From assembly GCF_009914755.1 (NCBI RefSeq), contig NC_060948.1: a stretch of 64,000 nucleotides of DNA. One strand, written 5' to 3'. The position numbers and the translations under genes are program-made. This stretch comes from the human T2T-CHM13v2.0 reference genome, Homo sapiens. Below are positions 1-14,630 of the stretch, in pieces (position 1 is the stretch's first letter; each line of letters starts with the position of its first letter). Below the pieces are notes generated by a model. That model was not told where the DNA came from. It did no database searches and saw only the letters and a list, made by a program, of their open reading frames with translations.

Positions 1-1855
<1,855 letters not shown>

Positions 1856-1858
<3 letters not shown>

Positions 1859-2013
1859 TACAAAAATTAGTCAAGCATGGTGGTGTGTGTGGAGTCCCAG
1901 CTATTCAGGAGGCTGAGGCAGGAGAATTCCTTCATCCCAGGAGGCACTGGCTGCGGTAAGGTGAGACTGCACCCCAGCCTGGGTGACAGAGCAAGACTCT
2001 GTCTCAAAAAAAG
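1856..2013 (+). mobile_element. Alu right arm (left arm absent; abuts the L1 tail)
   Basis: 'aaaatacaaaaattag...cccagctattcaggaggctgaggcaggagaat...agcctgggtgacagagcaagactctgtctcaaaa'. Confidence 0.9.
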
Positions 2014-2038
2014 ATAAAAACTTTGGAAATATGACTGG

Positions 2039-2545
2039 TGTTGATGGAAACAGAGTATGAGTGAGGCTGATATGGGGAAACAGGAGGATTTATTTAGGTG
2101 CACCAGCTCAGTGAGCTTATATCCAAAAAGGCTGAGTATTGAATAAAGACTGAGCAGGGTTTTTATGAGCAAACTTACAGAAGCAGACCTAAAGCAACTA
2201 ATTATACAATGAACAGTTATGTAATTTACAGCATAATTGTTGACTTGCATAACTTCTTGCCTTGCATAGCTGGGTTTTGCAGCTAGGTTGAAAGAGAAAC
2301 AGGAACATACAGATTTTACGAAATACAAGCATTGGTAAACATAGTCATAATTAATGCTTCAGAGAAGGAGAGACAGTAAAGTAATTTGCTTTCCTTTTGA
2401 ACTTTGCTTCAGTGTAGGGTATTTGTGACCCATTCCCTTGGCCTCAACTTTTTAGACAGTGTTATTTTATAACTGTCTTGGAGTGAGATAGCTACACAGA
2501 GAAAAACATGTTTTCTTTTCATTTGAACCCTTGTCTTGCCAAATT
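2039..2545 (-). repeat. 3' LTR of the class I ERV (end approximate)
   Basis: Direct repeat of 7166-7540; begins TG on the + strand. Confidence 0.75.
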
Positions 2546-5500
2546 TTTCTGTTTTTTTAAAAAATCATTTTATAGGATAAATTTAATCGAAGGCAGTATC
2601 ATTTTATTCTTTATGGGAAAGCATGTTTTCTTCTTTTGGCACAGGTTGACATTTAGTTAGAGCTATTAACTGAGTAGCAGTGGGCCTGGCTATGTTGTTT
2701 TGGGGCTATGTAGTATGAGTAGAGGGTGGGCATCATTTTTTGGGTGCTTTTTTATATCAAGGTTATGTGGGGAAAGTGTTAGCTTTCCTGTTTCTTTTGG
2801 CTTTTGACTTCCCTGCCTTTTGGTGTTCCAGATAATGCACTATTGCCACTTTTTCTGGAGCATATACAGCTGCTAAGAGCTGTAGGATTTTTTCTGTCCA
2901 CTTTATTTATTTGCCTCCAGTTGTTAAGAAATTTTCTTTTTATATATAGTTCTATGAACATGTAGTGTGGTAAAAGCATATTTAGAATGTGTTTAAATAT
3001 TGACCTTTTTTTCTTTTGCAGCAAAAGGGCTCTTGTTCGGTCTATTAATTTTGCCTTTTGGTCTCATGTTCCAGTAGGCAAAGATTGAGCTTCTATCATT
3101 GAGTTTAATGTTACCACTGCATACTCGGCTTGTTGGATTTTTTTCTAGCTCAAAACTCTTTCAGTTGTGAAGTATTCAACATCTGGGTTTTTGAGGGATT
3201 GATCTGTAAGATCTCCTGGTTCAGCAAATACGTGATCCACTGTTTAGACACAGTTATGGAGGGGAGCATCAAATTTGACTGGGAGCAGGGTGGTTGGGCT
3301 TAAGTTGTTTGCTGTATTTTAAGTAATGTAAGGGTTTTCATATAGAAGTCCTTGGTACTGCGTTATTCTCAGATTTGACAACTAATGATGGCTTATTTGT
3401 TCATCAAAGTTTTGACTGAGTGTGGCACATGGACTGTTAGCTGCTGTCTCAAAGTAAGTGTGTTATCCTCTTGCATTAGCAAGGCAGTGGTGGCTAATGC
3501 CTTAAGGCAAGGAGGCCATCCTAGTGCCACAGAGTCTAATTGTTTAGATTAGTATTTGACTGGACAATGCTATAATTTTATAATTTCAGTTAAGAACCAC
3601 ATAGCCATTTCTTTTCATTTATGCAGGTACAGAAAGAAAGGCTAAGTTACATTTGGCAGACCAAAGGCTGGGACTTGAGTTAAGGGTTTTTTTGATTTTT
3701 TTAAATGATATTTGCTGTTTAGTTTGCCAGAGGAGGGTTTCGTTTTTACCCCTTTTGTAATATTATATAATGGCTTAGCCATCAGTGAAAAATTTATGAT
3801 TTAGATATGGTGGAATTTTTCTTCTTTTAAGAATTTTTTAATGTAATGCCTAGTGGTTTGTGTCAGGAGTGTACAAACGGCCTGTTTCTGCTTATGGCCA
3901 AGCTGGCATTCCACATGGCTTACTATGAAACCTACATATTTGACATTTTTAAGAATAATTGGTCCTTTTTTAAAAGATAATTTTAGCCTGTTTTTCATAG
4001 GAGATGGAGGAGGTCTTGAGTTTTTTGATAACAGTCCTCCTGGGTTGGGGCTGCTAGAGGAAGGTCATCCACATACTGCAACAAGGCACAGTTAACATTT
4101 GGCAGGTTGTAGGCTTCAAGGTCAGTGCTTCCCTAAAGACTGTAGGAGAGTCTTTGAACTTGCGGGAGCCTGGCCCAGGTGAGTTGAACAACTTATTTGT
4201 TTTATTGAAATGCAAATATAGGGTGACTAACTGGGGCTAAGCAGATATAAAAGAATACATTCTTTAAATTTAGGACTGCAAATCAGGTAGCACTTGCTGG
4301 AATGAGATTTATTAAAATACACATGTTCCAAAAGTGGAGTGTTTTAGAGCAATTGACATCGAACTAAGACTTCATGTTGGTAAGGCCAGTTTAAATATTT
4401 ACAGATACCTGGAATAGCTTCTCAGGGGACTGGGTACTGATGAACCCAAGTCGGAGTTTCTTTTGGTTTTAACATGACTACCACCTGTGCATGATGTACA
4501 GCTAATCCAAGTGGGTTGCCTTTAACCCATACTCCAGAAATGTTATTAACTAAGTGAAATAATTTTTTTTTATCCCACCTGCAATTCTAATTTGCTGCTT
4601 GCACTTTCTTTGTATAAAGTTTCCATTCCTTAGCCTGCAGGATGATAAGGGTTAGCACCATGCTTTTTTGGAGAGTCAGAAAAAAAGTTGTTGTTTTTTT
4701 TTTTTTTGCAGCTGAAATGTAATTGGTGCTTTCAGTTTTTGGAGTAATTTTTTTTTTTCTTAACAAGGGAACTGGACAATTCAGGAGGTATAGGAATTTA
4801 TGTTGAACTTCCCATCCTTTGATGACACACCTCCTTACCAGAACAGCTTTTTTCTCTGAGATTCCTGTGGCTTTTATAATAGTTTTATAGCTTCAGATAG
4901 TGGCCCTATGGGTTGAGTCAGTACTGAATGTGTAGCCCTGGTGTTTACATAAAGTCCATCAGCTGGCCTTCAACTTTTAATGTGACCATGGGCCAATGGA
5001 GTTGTAATAAGAAAAAGCCTGGTCTGTCCTAGTACCCATATCCTTTAGTGCCAGCCAGCCTGTTTAGATTCGTATTTGGTTTTCCCACAGTGAGGCAGCC
5101 CTTAGCTGGACTCTTTTATACCACAGTCTTGATTATACTTTTTATTACCTTCTGGACATTTATTCTTTCAGTATTTTTCTTTTCCATCACACACATTGTT
5201 TTCTCTCTAGCCTCGGCTGGCTTTTAAATTTTTGACTAAATTGACATCTTTCACATGCACGTGCACATCCACATTCTTGTATATTGCTAGTCATTTTTTT
5301 AATGAGAGCTGCTGCTAAGAGATTGGCCTTTTTTAAACCTCTGATTTGCTTTTTTTTTTTTTCTTTGCTTCCTGGTGATGGTTAACCTACATTTTGGTGG
5401 CCATTTCTGTAAGCTGGGTTGTATTCGTGCCTGCAAAACCATGTACTTTTTGCAGCTGGTGCATTGGCTTCTAGCCCTTGATGGGATGCCTGAGTTATCC

Positions 5501-7142
5501 TCTGGCACTCCTCCATGTTAAACAATGTTAAGATAAGTTATCTTCAATTTAGCCAGGTTGGATTGTGTGTTAGAAAGGTGGACTGTGTTAGATTTATGAG
5601 AGCTTGGGGCTTTTCCTTGTAGGAGTTAGTGTGTTGATTTACATTTAGGAGATTAGTGGTTGAAAAGGGCTGATAGAGGAAGGTTTGCTGCCCCCCACAC
5701 CAGGATGTGGCACTGGTCATTATAACAGATGAGTCCTTGCATTTCCCTGAGAGGTATTTACATAGCTTGACCATGATCAGATTTGAGGCAGCCTGGTTCA
5801 CTATCCTGAATTCCATCACTGGCCTCTCAAGGCTCCAATTCTTCCCTCTGGGGTGAAACCTGGGGTGTACTGGCAATGGAACCTAGCTCCTGGGGGGCTG
5901 TTTGCCTCAGCAAAGGGAGGTAGGCTATGAAAAATGGAGGAGAATTTTTTTTTCCTTTTGTAGTTTTTTAAAACTGGGTTTCCTTTCTGTCCTTGGGACT
6001 TTCCTTTTAACTCAGTGTTTGCTGGTGAAGCTGCTTCTATTTTCACTTTTGGCTCGGCCTGCGCTACAAGTGTTTTGCAATAAGCTGTGAAGCAGGGCTG
6101 GATTCATGTTGTTCTTGTTTGTATTATATTTAATTATGAGTTAATATAAGAAAATTGGTCTGGGTACCCTGGCTATACTCAGACCCCTGTCATTACCTCA
6201 AACTCATGACCAATTCTTTCTATGTGTATAGTTTTTTGGGTCACCTATTTAATACCAAAAGGGGGCCATTTTAGTTTACAGAGAGCTTTTTACCTTTGCA
6301 GGGTTAGCTTAATTTTATAGTTTCCTGTAAACCCTTTCTTAAAGTTTTTTTTAGCATATATTTGAATGATGTATGTTGTGACAACTCTCTTCCCATTTCT
6401 TTTCAGTTATGATGCAGTGTACTCGTGCTCACTTTTTACCTTTGTTTCCAGCCAGTTAGACCATCTCCTATTATGGGGGTTTTTAGATACTACTTAGCTT
6501 TGGAGAGTTTCTTAAGCCCAACACAATTGCTGAAGTTGTGGGGTAGCTTCTTTTAGCCATATGTGGATCACCACTAGTCTTGATCAGCCCCACACTTGGC
6601 TTGGAACACATTCTTCACTAAGAGACTTGTGGTTCCTCACTTTATGGCCGATTAGCCTAGTTAGGCCTCACCACTCACACATCATCCTTCTACCAGTTCT
6701 CATGTTCCTGGTTGGGGTGGCGAGTCACTTTCACCACCTCCAGTTTCCTTCTGAGCTGATTTAGTGAGCCACTGTCACATGCTGTGTTGGTTGAGGTGTA
6801 AGTTTCTTCTGAATTGGTGAACCACTCTTGCGGCCTGCAGCACCTCTGGGTTGGATTACCGGTTATAACCTAGGAGGTGATTAGGCTCCCTTTTGGTCCT
6901 TGTGGGATGTGTCCTGCCTTGGGTCCCAATACCTTACTGTGGTTTCTGAAGTGAGCTGTTCCTGGAATCGTCCTATAACCCATTAGGTACCATTGCACTG
7001 CTTGGTAGGGGCACGAGGTCACAAAATGGCTGATCTCCCCTCCAGGCTGAAGTTCTCCCAGTGGTGCTCCTTGGGTCACAGGACTCCTGAGACCCAGGGC
7101 TTAAGCCCCAGGGGCAAAGGAGACAGGAAACCTGTCATCTCC

Positions 7143-7161
7143 ACTCCTGGCTGACTGGCCA
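7143..7161 (-). promoter_or_regulatory. Retroviral primer-binding site, tRNA-Arg(ACG) type
   Basis: + strand 'actcctggctgactggcca' versus the tRNA-Arg-ACG 3' end ACTCCTGGCTGGCTCGCCA (2 mismatches); lies a few bases from the LTR boundary. Confidence 0.8.
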
Positions 7162-7165
7162 ATAA

Positions 7166-7540
7166 TGCTGTGGGAAGCAGAGGACCACAGAGATTCATAT
7201 GGGGAAATAGGAGGATGTATTTAGGTGCCCTGGCTCAGCAGACTTATATCCAAAAATGCTGAGCATTGAACAAAGACTGAGGGGGATATTTGTAAGCCAA
7301 ATTACAAAAGCAGAACTACAGAAGCTAATTTGACAATGACAGGTTACATAATTTATAGCATAACTGTTGAGTTAGCATAACTTTAGCCTTGCATAGCTTG
7401 TAGCCTTGTAGCTGCATTGAAAAGACAAAAAAAAAACAGTAAGCTTCAAATCTTACTAAATACAAGCATTGGGAAACATAGTCATAATTAATGTTTCAGA
7501 GAAGAAGAGACGTTATAGATATTTATTTTTCTTTTCTTTT
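7166..7540 (-). repeat. 5' LTR of the class I ERV (similarity to the other LTR stops near 7540)
   Basis: Direct repeat of 2039-2410, adjacent to the PBS. Confidence 0.75.
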
Positions 7541-7760
7541 CAGTGCAGACACTGAAGCTTGAGCCTGGAATTGTGGAGCCAGTTCTCTCTGCTGTGGGGC
7601 CCATGTATGGGTAGAAGTCTCCTCATGACTCAAATCACAGCCTTGGTAACCCACTAGTCCAGTTCCTAAAAACACCCACTCCTTAGTGTTTCAAGAATCA
7701 TGCTCTAGAGTCCACTGCCACATTTGAATTTATTGCAATGTTATGGAAATGAGAATTTTA

Positions 7761-8092
<332 letters not shown>

Positions 8093-8524
8093 GTATCTGT
8101 TTATATTTCAATGCCAAAATATTTTAAATGACTTTTTAATGATGTGTATAATTTTTCCAAGTTTAGAAATAACCTCCATTTGTTTGCTTTCACATATTTT
8201 GTACATTTGTTTTTATCTTAATAAACTGAGTCTATTGACAGAACTATGAAGATGCTTATTTATACCATATCTCATGTTCTACATGTCCAGTTTAGCAAAT
8301 ATGCATTATCCACTTATTTGCTAAAAGCCATCCTTTTTTCTCTTCATAATTTAGATGATTCTCAAATATCACACATCATTTTGCAATCTGATTCTAACTT
8401 CTATACTGCCAAATGGTCTGCAAAATTAACCTAAAAAAAAAAAAAAACGAACAAAATAAGTGAAGGCTGACAGAGTAAGTAACGTGATTCAGCTGAAGCT
8501 AATCAATCAGAAAGTTGTACTTAC

Positions 8525-11500
8525 CGAAACTTTTGGTCTGGAGGGTTGGAGAGGCTGTGCCTTGACTCAGTGGGTGACTGCTGGGGCATTCTGTCAGAAC
8601 AAGGACTGGGGAACCCACATGTAATCTGTCCAGACCTAAGGTTCAGAAGGAACCAAGGCAAGAATATTACCAGGTGCATGAAGATACCAAGCGGTTTCTA
8701 AAGAGCTCTATTAGTTCAAAAATAAATTGTTATCCTTGCAAATAGCAAATTATGATGCATAAGATCCACAAAACTAATGATTCAAACACCTAAGTTAATT
8801 GCACTGGCAATAATAAAATGCATGAAAGTAACAGGCAGCAAAGGAAAGACAGCTCTTAGTATCTAAACACCTCTGTGTGTAAAGGAGACACTAGACCTTG
8901 CCAGTCTGTCCTGCTGACTCTCACAGCAACCCTCTATCATGGGTGGAGAGATGGAGGGTAGCTACCCAACTCCAGAGCAGCACACAACGCTTTGTCCAGG
9001 TGGCTAACCTTCCAGATACATTTCACTTTAAGGTTCCTTTTTGCTTTCGGAAAAGGGGTAGAGAAGACTTGTCTGGAGGAAATGCCACTGTGTAGCCTCA
9101 ACACTGCACTGCCCATGAGTGCTTCCAGGTGCCATTCCTTTAATCTTTAAGTTTTTTCACTTGAGGCTGCTCAGAGACAACTCTGTCCTCTGCAAATATA
9201 TGGCTTTCTAGAGAACTGGAAGTAATGTTTTTGAAAGCTTTCAGCAAGTGCAGAGATGGTGAGCTCTTTGCTGGTAGTGGGCTTTTGGTATGATGTTAAC
9301 GACTCTCAGATAGCAACTTCTGAAAGCCTTTTCCAAGGGTCTGTCCTCTTACTTAAGCTCTTTGCCTCTTGCTTAAGCTCTTTGACCCTTGCTTAGTATT
9401 AACTACAAACTCAAGGTCAGAATTGGAAGGACTACCCTCCACAGCTCCATTTGGAAAATTTGGGATCCTTGATGTTACCATACCTCTTTTCTGTTTAAGA
9501 GAATCGTTCAAGAAATCCTGATGTATAGCACCATTGCAAGGCACCATATTGCCACTTATTAATCCACTGACAGAATGATGGATCAGATGCTGCTTTGGAT
9601 TACAGTACACTTTATTCTCTAGGGCTGCAGAGTACAAAATGCTAATTTCAAAAGTGAGTGGACACAGAAGAGAAGAAAATTCATGTAATTGAGAATATTA
9701 CTGTTTTGAAAAGTTGAAGAGAGCAATAATAAGGACAAACTTCCACATTAAACAGTTTCTGATGCCATGGTAGTGATAACCACTAATATTTATTGAGGGC
9801 TTATTGTACCAGCTACAGCTTCATGTGTCTTTTGTAACACGGTACAACTTCAGAATCCATTATGCACAATTTCCACATCCCCACAGCTCTGAAAATTGAA
9901 AATTTATTCATAACTTAGGGGCATAGCCTAGCCAGACATGAACTCATTTGGTTAAATACTATGACCTGAAATGACGTGAACCCATTTATTATCTTTATTT
10001 GCCCCGGCATGAATATTCATACAGTTGACTGGAAAATAACTAATGCATTTCACTACAGCAGGTCCTACAGAATTCACATGCTGTGGATTTCGTGTGCTGT
10101 GAAATCCACAGCATACGGCATGAGTTTCAGACAAAAAGTAAGAACCTGCATTCACAAAAACACTGTGGTCAAGGAATTCTCACAGCTTCCGTTTTATAGA
10201 TGGGAGACTAAAGCTTATTGACCCTGGGTCACACCGTTAGCAGGTTCAAGAGCTACTGCACTTTCCTAAGGCAAAGCCAGTGCCTGTGTCTCACTGTCCT
10301 GAAATGCCTTCCAATGAAGCTGTGAGAAAGAAGCTTGCCCTCCTCATTGCATGCAAGTGCAAAAGTTCTATTCCCATTCAACTATTTTTATTAACATGAG
10401 ACTATGGTTTCAGCTGTGAGAAGTTTCACAAACAGAACTGAAAGGAAAATGAGACCAGAAAGGAGAAGAAATGTGTAAAGAGTTAAAAATAAGTCAAGTG
10501 CTGGTAGAAGAGAGCAAGGAACTTATGAGGAAAAAGTGCAAAGGGGAACGAGGAAGGGTCAGAACAAGTTTGAGAAACCAGTTAACTGGTAACACAAACA
10601 CACTTTCTTTGAGCTTGAAAGCAACTGAAGAAGAAAGCATCTAAGCTTCAATATCCTTATTATGAAGTAGGAAGGGGCACAGATGTATCCACAGTGAACA
10701 CACAATAATAAAATCATACCAATCATACCAATCACCACTTATTGAGTGTTTTCTTATGTCCCAGGCACTGCGTTGTAACCCATCTCCTTTCATCACTTTC
10801 ATCATGGCTCAATAGGCATTATTTTCCCCATTAAAAATGAGGAAACTGAGGCCCAATGAAGTTAAGGTAACATGTCCAAGATTAAACAACTAACTTCAAA
10901 ACAGGGATCCAAAAGAACAGTTGTCTGATTCTGAGAGCAATGTTCTCTTTGCTAAACCGCCTTGCTCCTCCCGTGTGTGCATATATCTATCAAGGAATCC
11001 ATAAAATTACTGAACTGCTGTTAACATTGAGGTAACAAATAGAAAAGAAATTTCTAAGATAAACCTGGAGACTTCTATGTCACCACCACGCCTTTCCCAT
11101 TTGAGACACAAGGCTCTCCCAAGCCATGAGGCACCTATGAAACAAGTGACTTTTGCTGATGATCCAGATGGTATTACCAAAGTGGATAGGGAGTTTTACT
11201 TCTAAGATGACACATGTTTCTGTGGCTTTTCCTCTAACATAACAATTACTTAATATTCAATAAATTAGGGTCATTACATTTTCACAAGCATCAGAAGCTT
11301 TACACACAGAAAAATATTCATAGATTTAAAATGTCTCTAACCTGTCTGAGTTTGCTTCAGTTGCAATACAAAATCGGTCACCTGAATACTTAACTTTTTA
11401 CGGAAGTTTGTAATCTAGTATCTGGGCCTTCAGCCACCCAGAATGCTCATTCTGAAAAGATTCAGAATCAGAAAAGAAATTATTGCAAAACAAATCACGG

Positions 11501-12113
11501 CTTGCTTCACAAGGAGACGTTTTCTTATCCTGTTTGTACTCTTTTAATTGAGAATATTTATGCCAGTAAACAACAGGGTCCCTATTTTAAAAATGACAAA
11601 CAGAACACAAACTAGGTGGGTTTAACAGATTTCACCATCTTTTTCAGTCATATCAAAACATTCTAGGGCATGTGGGCAGAAGACACGGTGAATGTTTGTA
11701 ATCCTTAGGGTGAGAATCCAGAGATAACAGTGGAAAAAATCTGGCACTCTGAAAATTTTACATTTAGGTGTGTTTGCTTTCTTCTCCATGTTATTGCTAT
11801 TATGAATATAAGATCATATTATCACTAGAGAATTTTCTCAGATGACAAAGAGAAACTTTACTATATGGGGGAGTAATGTTTGATATTAAAATAAATCTGA
11901 TTTGCACAGGTGTGACTTGGGCCAAGTTTACATACTGAAGAAGTGTATTTGTATCAAAGTGGAACTGGCAAGGAGCAAGACTCACTGCATCTTGCAGTTG
12001 TACTGCAGAGCTGGCCTGTGATTTTTGAACTCCTCATGCTCAGCTATGATAGCATTTCCTGCTTTCTGCAGTTCTTTCTGAAATACCACAATTTCATGAG
12101 CCAGTGGAGCCAG
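8525..12113 (-). pseudogene. OFD1P: Unprocessed OFD1 pseudogene fragment (OFD1P-Y family), four consecutive exons: ~12113-11986, 11451-11342, 9624-9009, 8635-8525
   Basis: [32 protein letters not shown]...[16 protein letters not shown] matches OFD1 ([32 protein letters not shown]...EGSSPDSDLEFVANTK). Flanking exons encode FQKELQKAGNAIIAEHEEF, LKAQILDYK...LQLKQTQT and SPCSDRMPQQSPTESRHSLS. Most GT/AG boundaries are intact; frameshifts are present (e.g. after NTK). Confidence 0.92.
10730..10965 (+). mobile_element. MIR SINE remnant
   Basis: Core 'ccccatt...atgaggaaactgaggccca...gaagttaag..aacatgtccaagatt'. Confidence 0.7.
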
Positions 12114-13851
12114 ATATAAGAAGGCCAAAAGAAATCCTAGTCATTATCTACCTTAAGTTTTCTTATTTCATTTAACAGAAACATTTAAACAGCTTTTACA
12201 TTGTTGTTTCTTTTCTTGGTACTCATGCAATAAATATAATATTAATTCTATTTAATGATCTCAGAGTAGTCCTAACACTCAAATTTCAGAACAAAAGTAT
12301 TTAGTGCATTTTATTGCAAACGTTATTACTCTTGGAGTCCTACTCCAAGTAAAAGAACTCTTTCAAATCCTCAGATTAACCTAAATAGCTGTTTCTCTCC
12401 TATACCATGAACAGAAGGAGCTCTCTGTCTGGTCTACCTGTTGATGACATCCCCAACATCCAAAATAATCTGTGCATCTGTCAGCAGCAGTTGGGATCCA
12501 GGCAGAAAGCAGATGGCTCCTACAGACAAAGTCATCTAAGAGTCCTTTAATAAAGGGTGACTTATGCAGCATGCCCACAAATGTTGGGGAAGTTCCCTTA
12601 CATAGTAACAGGGCCACTCTATTAGCACTGACTACTCTAAGGAAAGTTAAAGGCTCTAGGTATTACCTCCCTCTGCTGGCAATCTGGAAGGCCATAGAGA
12701 GGTAAAAACTACATTTATTTTGTATGTATCCTGAGAAAGAGGAAATAGCAGTAGAGGAAATTGAGGTAGGGAAGTGATAAACTCTCTGCCAAAATGTTGC
12801 TCCTTATTTTTTTTTCTGTCTCTCTTGATTAACTTACTTTTTCATTATTGCCAAAAGAAGAGTAAGGTAGGCAGAGGTTAGAATCAAACAATTCAAATCT
12901 AAAGAAGGGAGAAAACAATATTAAAGAATATGGAGGCACATTTTTTAATGAACGAAGATTCCTGGCATATCTATTTTTGTCAATTAACAAAACATTCCCA
13001 GTTGAAAATAAGGCTTATTGCACAAACTACAGACAGATGAGCTTTCAGTCAATCCCAGGTAAGATCTGAAGAATGAAATATTTGTGAGCACTTAAAAAAG
13101 GTGAATAACACAAAAGAAATAATTTCACCCAATGCAAATAAAGTCAGACTACCATACTTTCTTTGTTGAGCATAGAGCTGGTAAAAGCTGCAGGTGTAGA
13201 ACTCAGTTCTGGACATATGGAACTCAGTTACTGGACATAAACAAACAAAACTATCAGAACTGAAGGATTGAAATTAACTGCAAAATGTATGATCTGTTCA
13301 AGTATTGGTGGCCTCTCAAAATTTTCTGTCTGGTCTTACTGTAAGCTGGTGATAGCATCTCAGTCTCTTTTTCATCTTAATATTTAATATGTCAAAAGCA
13401 AAACCCTAGTGTTTTTTCCTCTTAATTTGTATTTTCTAATTATAGGTGATATCACCTTTATAAAGAAGAACTCTACTTGGCAATAAACATTAGAATATTG
13501 TGATTATATATATATATATATATATATCACGGTTACTGTGTATACATATATACTATATATGCATATATATAGTAATTTTTTTACTCTCATAATTCTGAGT
13601 TTCAAAAATAAACATGCATACTTAAAATTCAAAAGCTTCAACCCAGTGCTTCAGCACTACTTCTCTTCCTCTTAGCAAATCCATGGCTTTTACTTAAAGT
13701 TGCCTTTGGCCATAAATTTCTTTTATGTCAATCTACATAGAAAATTATTAATTTTTCGCAAGAAAACTGATGAAAGCCAAACTGATGTAAATGAATATAC
13801 TGTTTTCTAAATTCCACAAAGCAACAATTTCACCTTCAAGAGACTCCAACT

Positions 13852-14148
13852 TGGCTGGTTACTGTGGCTCACAACTGTTATCTTAGCACTTTGGGAGGCC
13901 AATGTGGTAGGATCACCTGAGGTCAGGAGTTCAAGGCCAGCCTGTGTAGCATTGTAAAACCACATCTCTAACAAAATGCAAAAATTAGCCAGGCATCATG
14001 GCGGGAACCTGTAGTTTCTGCTACTCAGGAGGCTGAGGCAAGGGAATCACCTGAACCTGGGAGACAAAGGTGGTTGTGGTGACCTGATAATTACCATGGA
14101 ACTCCAGCCATGGTGACAGAGTGAGACTCCATCTAAAAAAAAAAAAAA
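13852..14148 (+). mobile_element. Alu (diverged)
   Basis: Dimeric Alu with poly-A tail. Confidence 0.9.
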
Positions 14149-14344
14149 ATTCCAGACTTGAGTTTGAATTTTTTCAACCTATTGGAAAGCAAAGTTTCAA
14201 ACTTATACAACTAGATATTCTAGCTGCATACAAATTGACTCTCCTAATTACTATTTACCTGTATTTTCATATGTTCCTAACATCCCTTATGTAATATATG
14301 CTACTTAGTGCTTTAAAATCCCCAGTCCTTTATCTAAAAAAGAT

Positions 14345-14630
14345 TTTTTGACAGGTTCCTGCCCTATTGCCTAGGCTGTAGTGCACTGGCGTGGTCTTGA
14401 CCCACTACAACCTCTGCCTCCTGGCCTCAAGGGATCCTCCTACCTCAGCCCCCCGAGTAGCTGGGACTACAAGCACACACCACCAAGTCCGGCTAATTTT
14501 TTGTGTTTTTTATAGAGATGGGCTTTGTCAAGCTGCGCAGACTGCTCTTGAACCTCTGGGTTCAAATGACATGCCCACCTCAGCCTCTCAAAATGCTGGG
14601 ACTGCAGGCATAAGCCACCACACCTGGTCC
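14345..14630 (-). mobile_element. Alu (AluJ-like)
   Basis: Antisense Alu motifs 'cctcagcc...gagtagctgggactaca' and 'ctcagcctctcaaaatgctgggactgcaggcat'. Confidence 0.88.

Larger units (their letters stand above)
2039..7540 (-). mobile_element. Class I (gamma-like) endogenous retrovirus, HERV3/ERV-R-like group; degraded gag-pro-pol, no recognisable integrase or env
   Basis: Two homologous LTR copies start at ~2039 and ~7166 (both contain 'atatgggga...ggaggat.tatttaggtgc...gctcag...cttatatccaaaa.gctgag.attgaa.aaagactgag'). Minus-strand gag capsid peptide YQPFSTTNLLN...YKEKPQALINLTQSTFLTHNPTW (5544-5700). RT-like VKYVG...KKFL (3801-3998). Arg PBS next to the upstream LTR. Confidence 0.85.
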
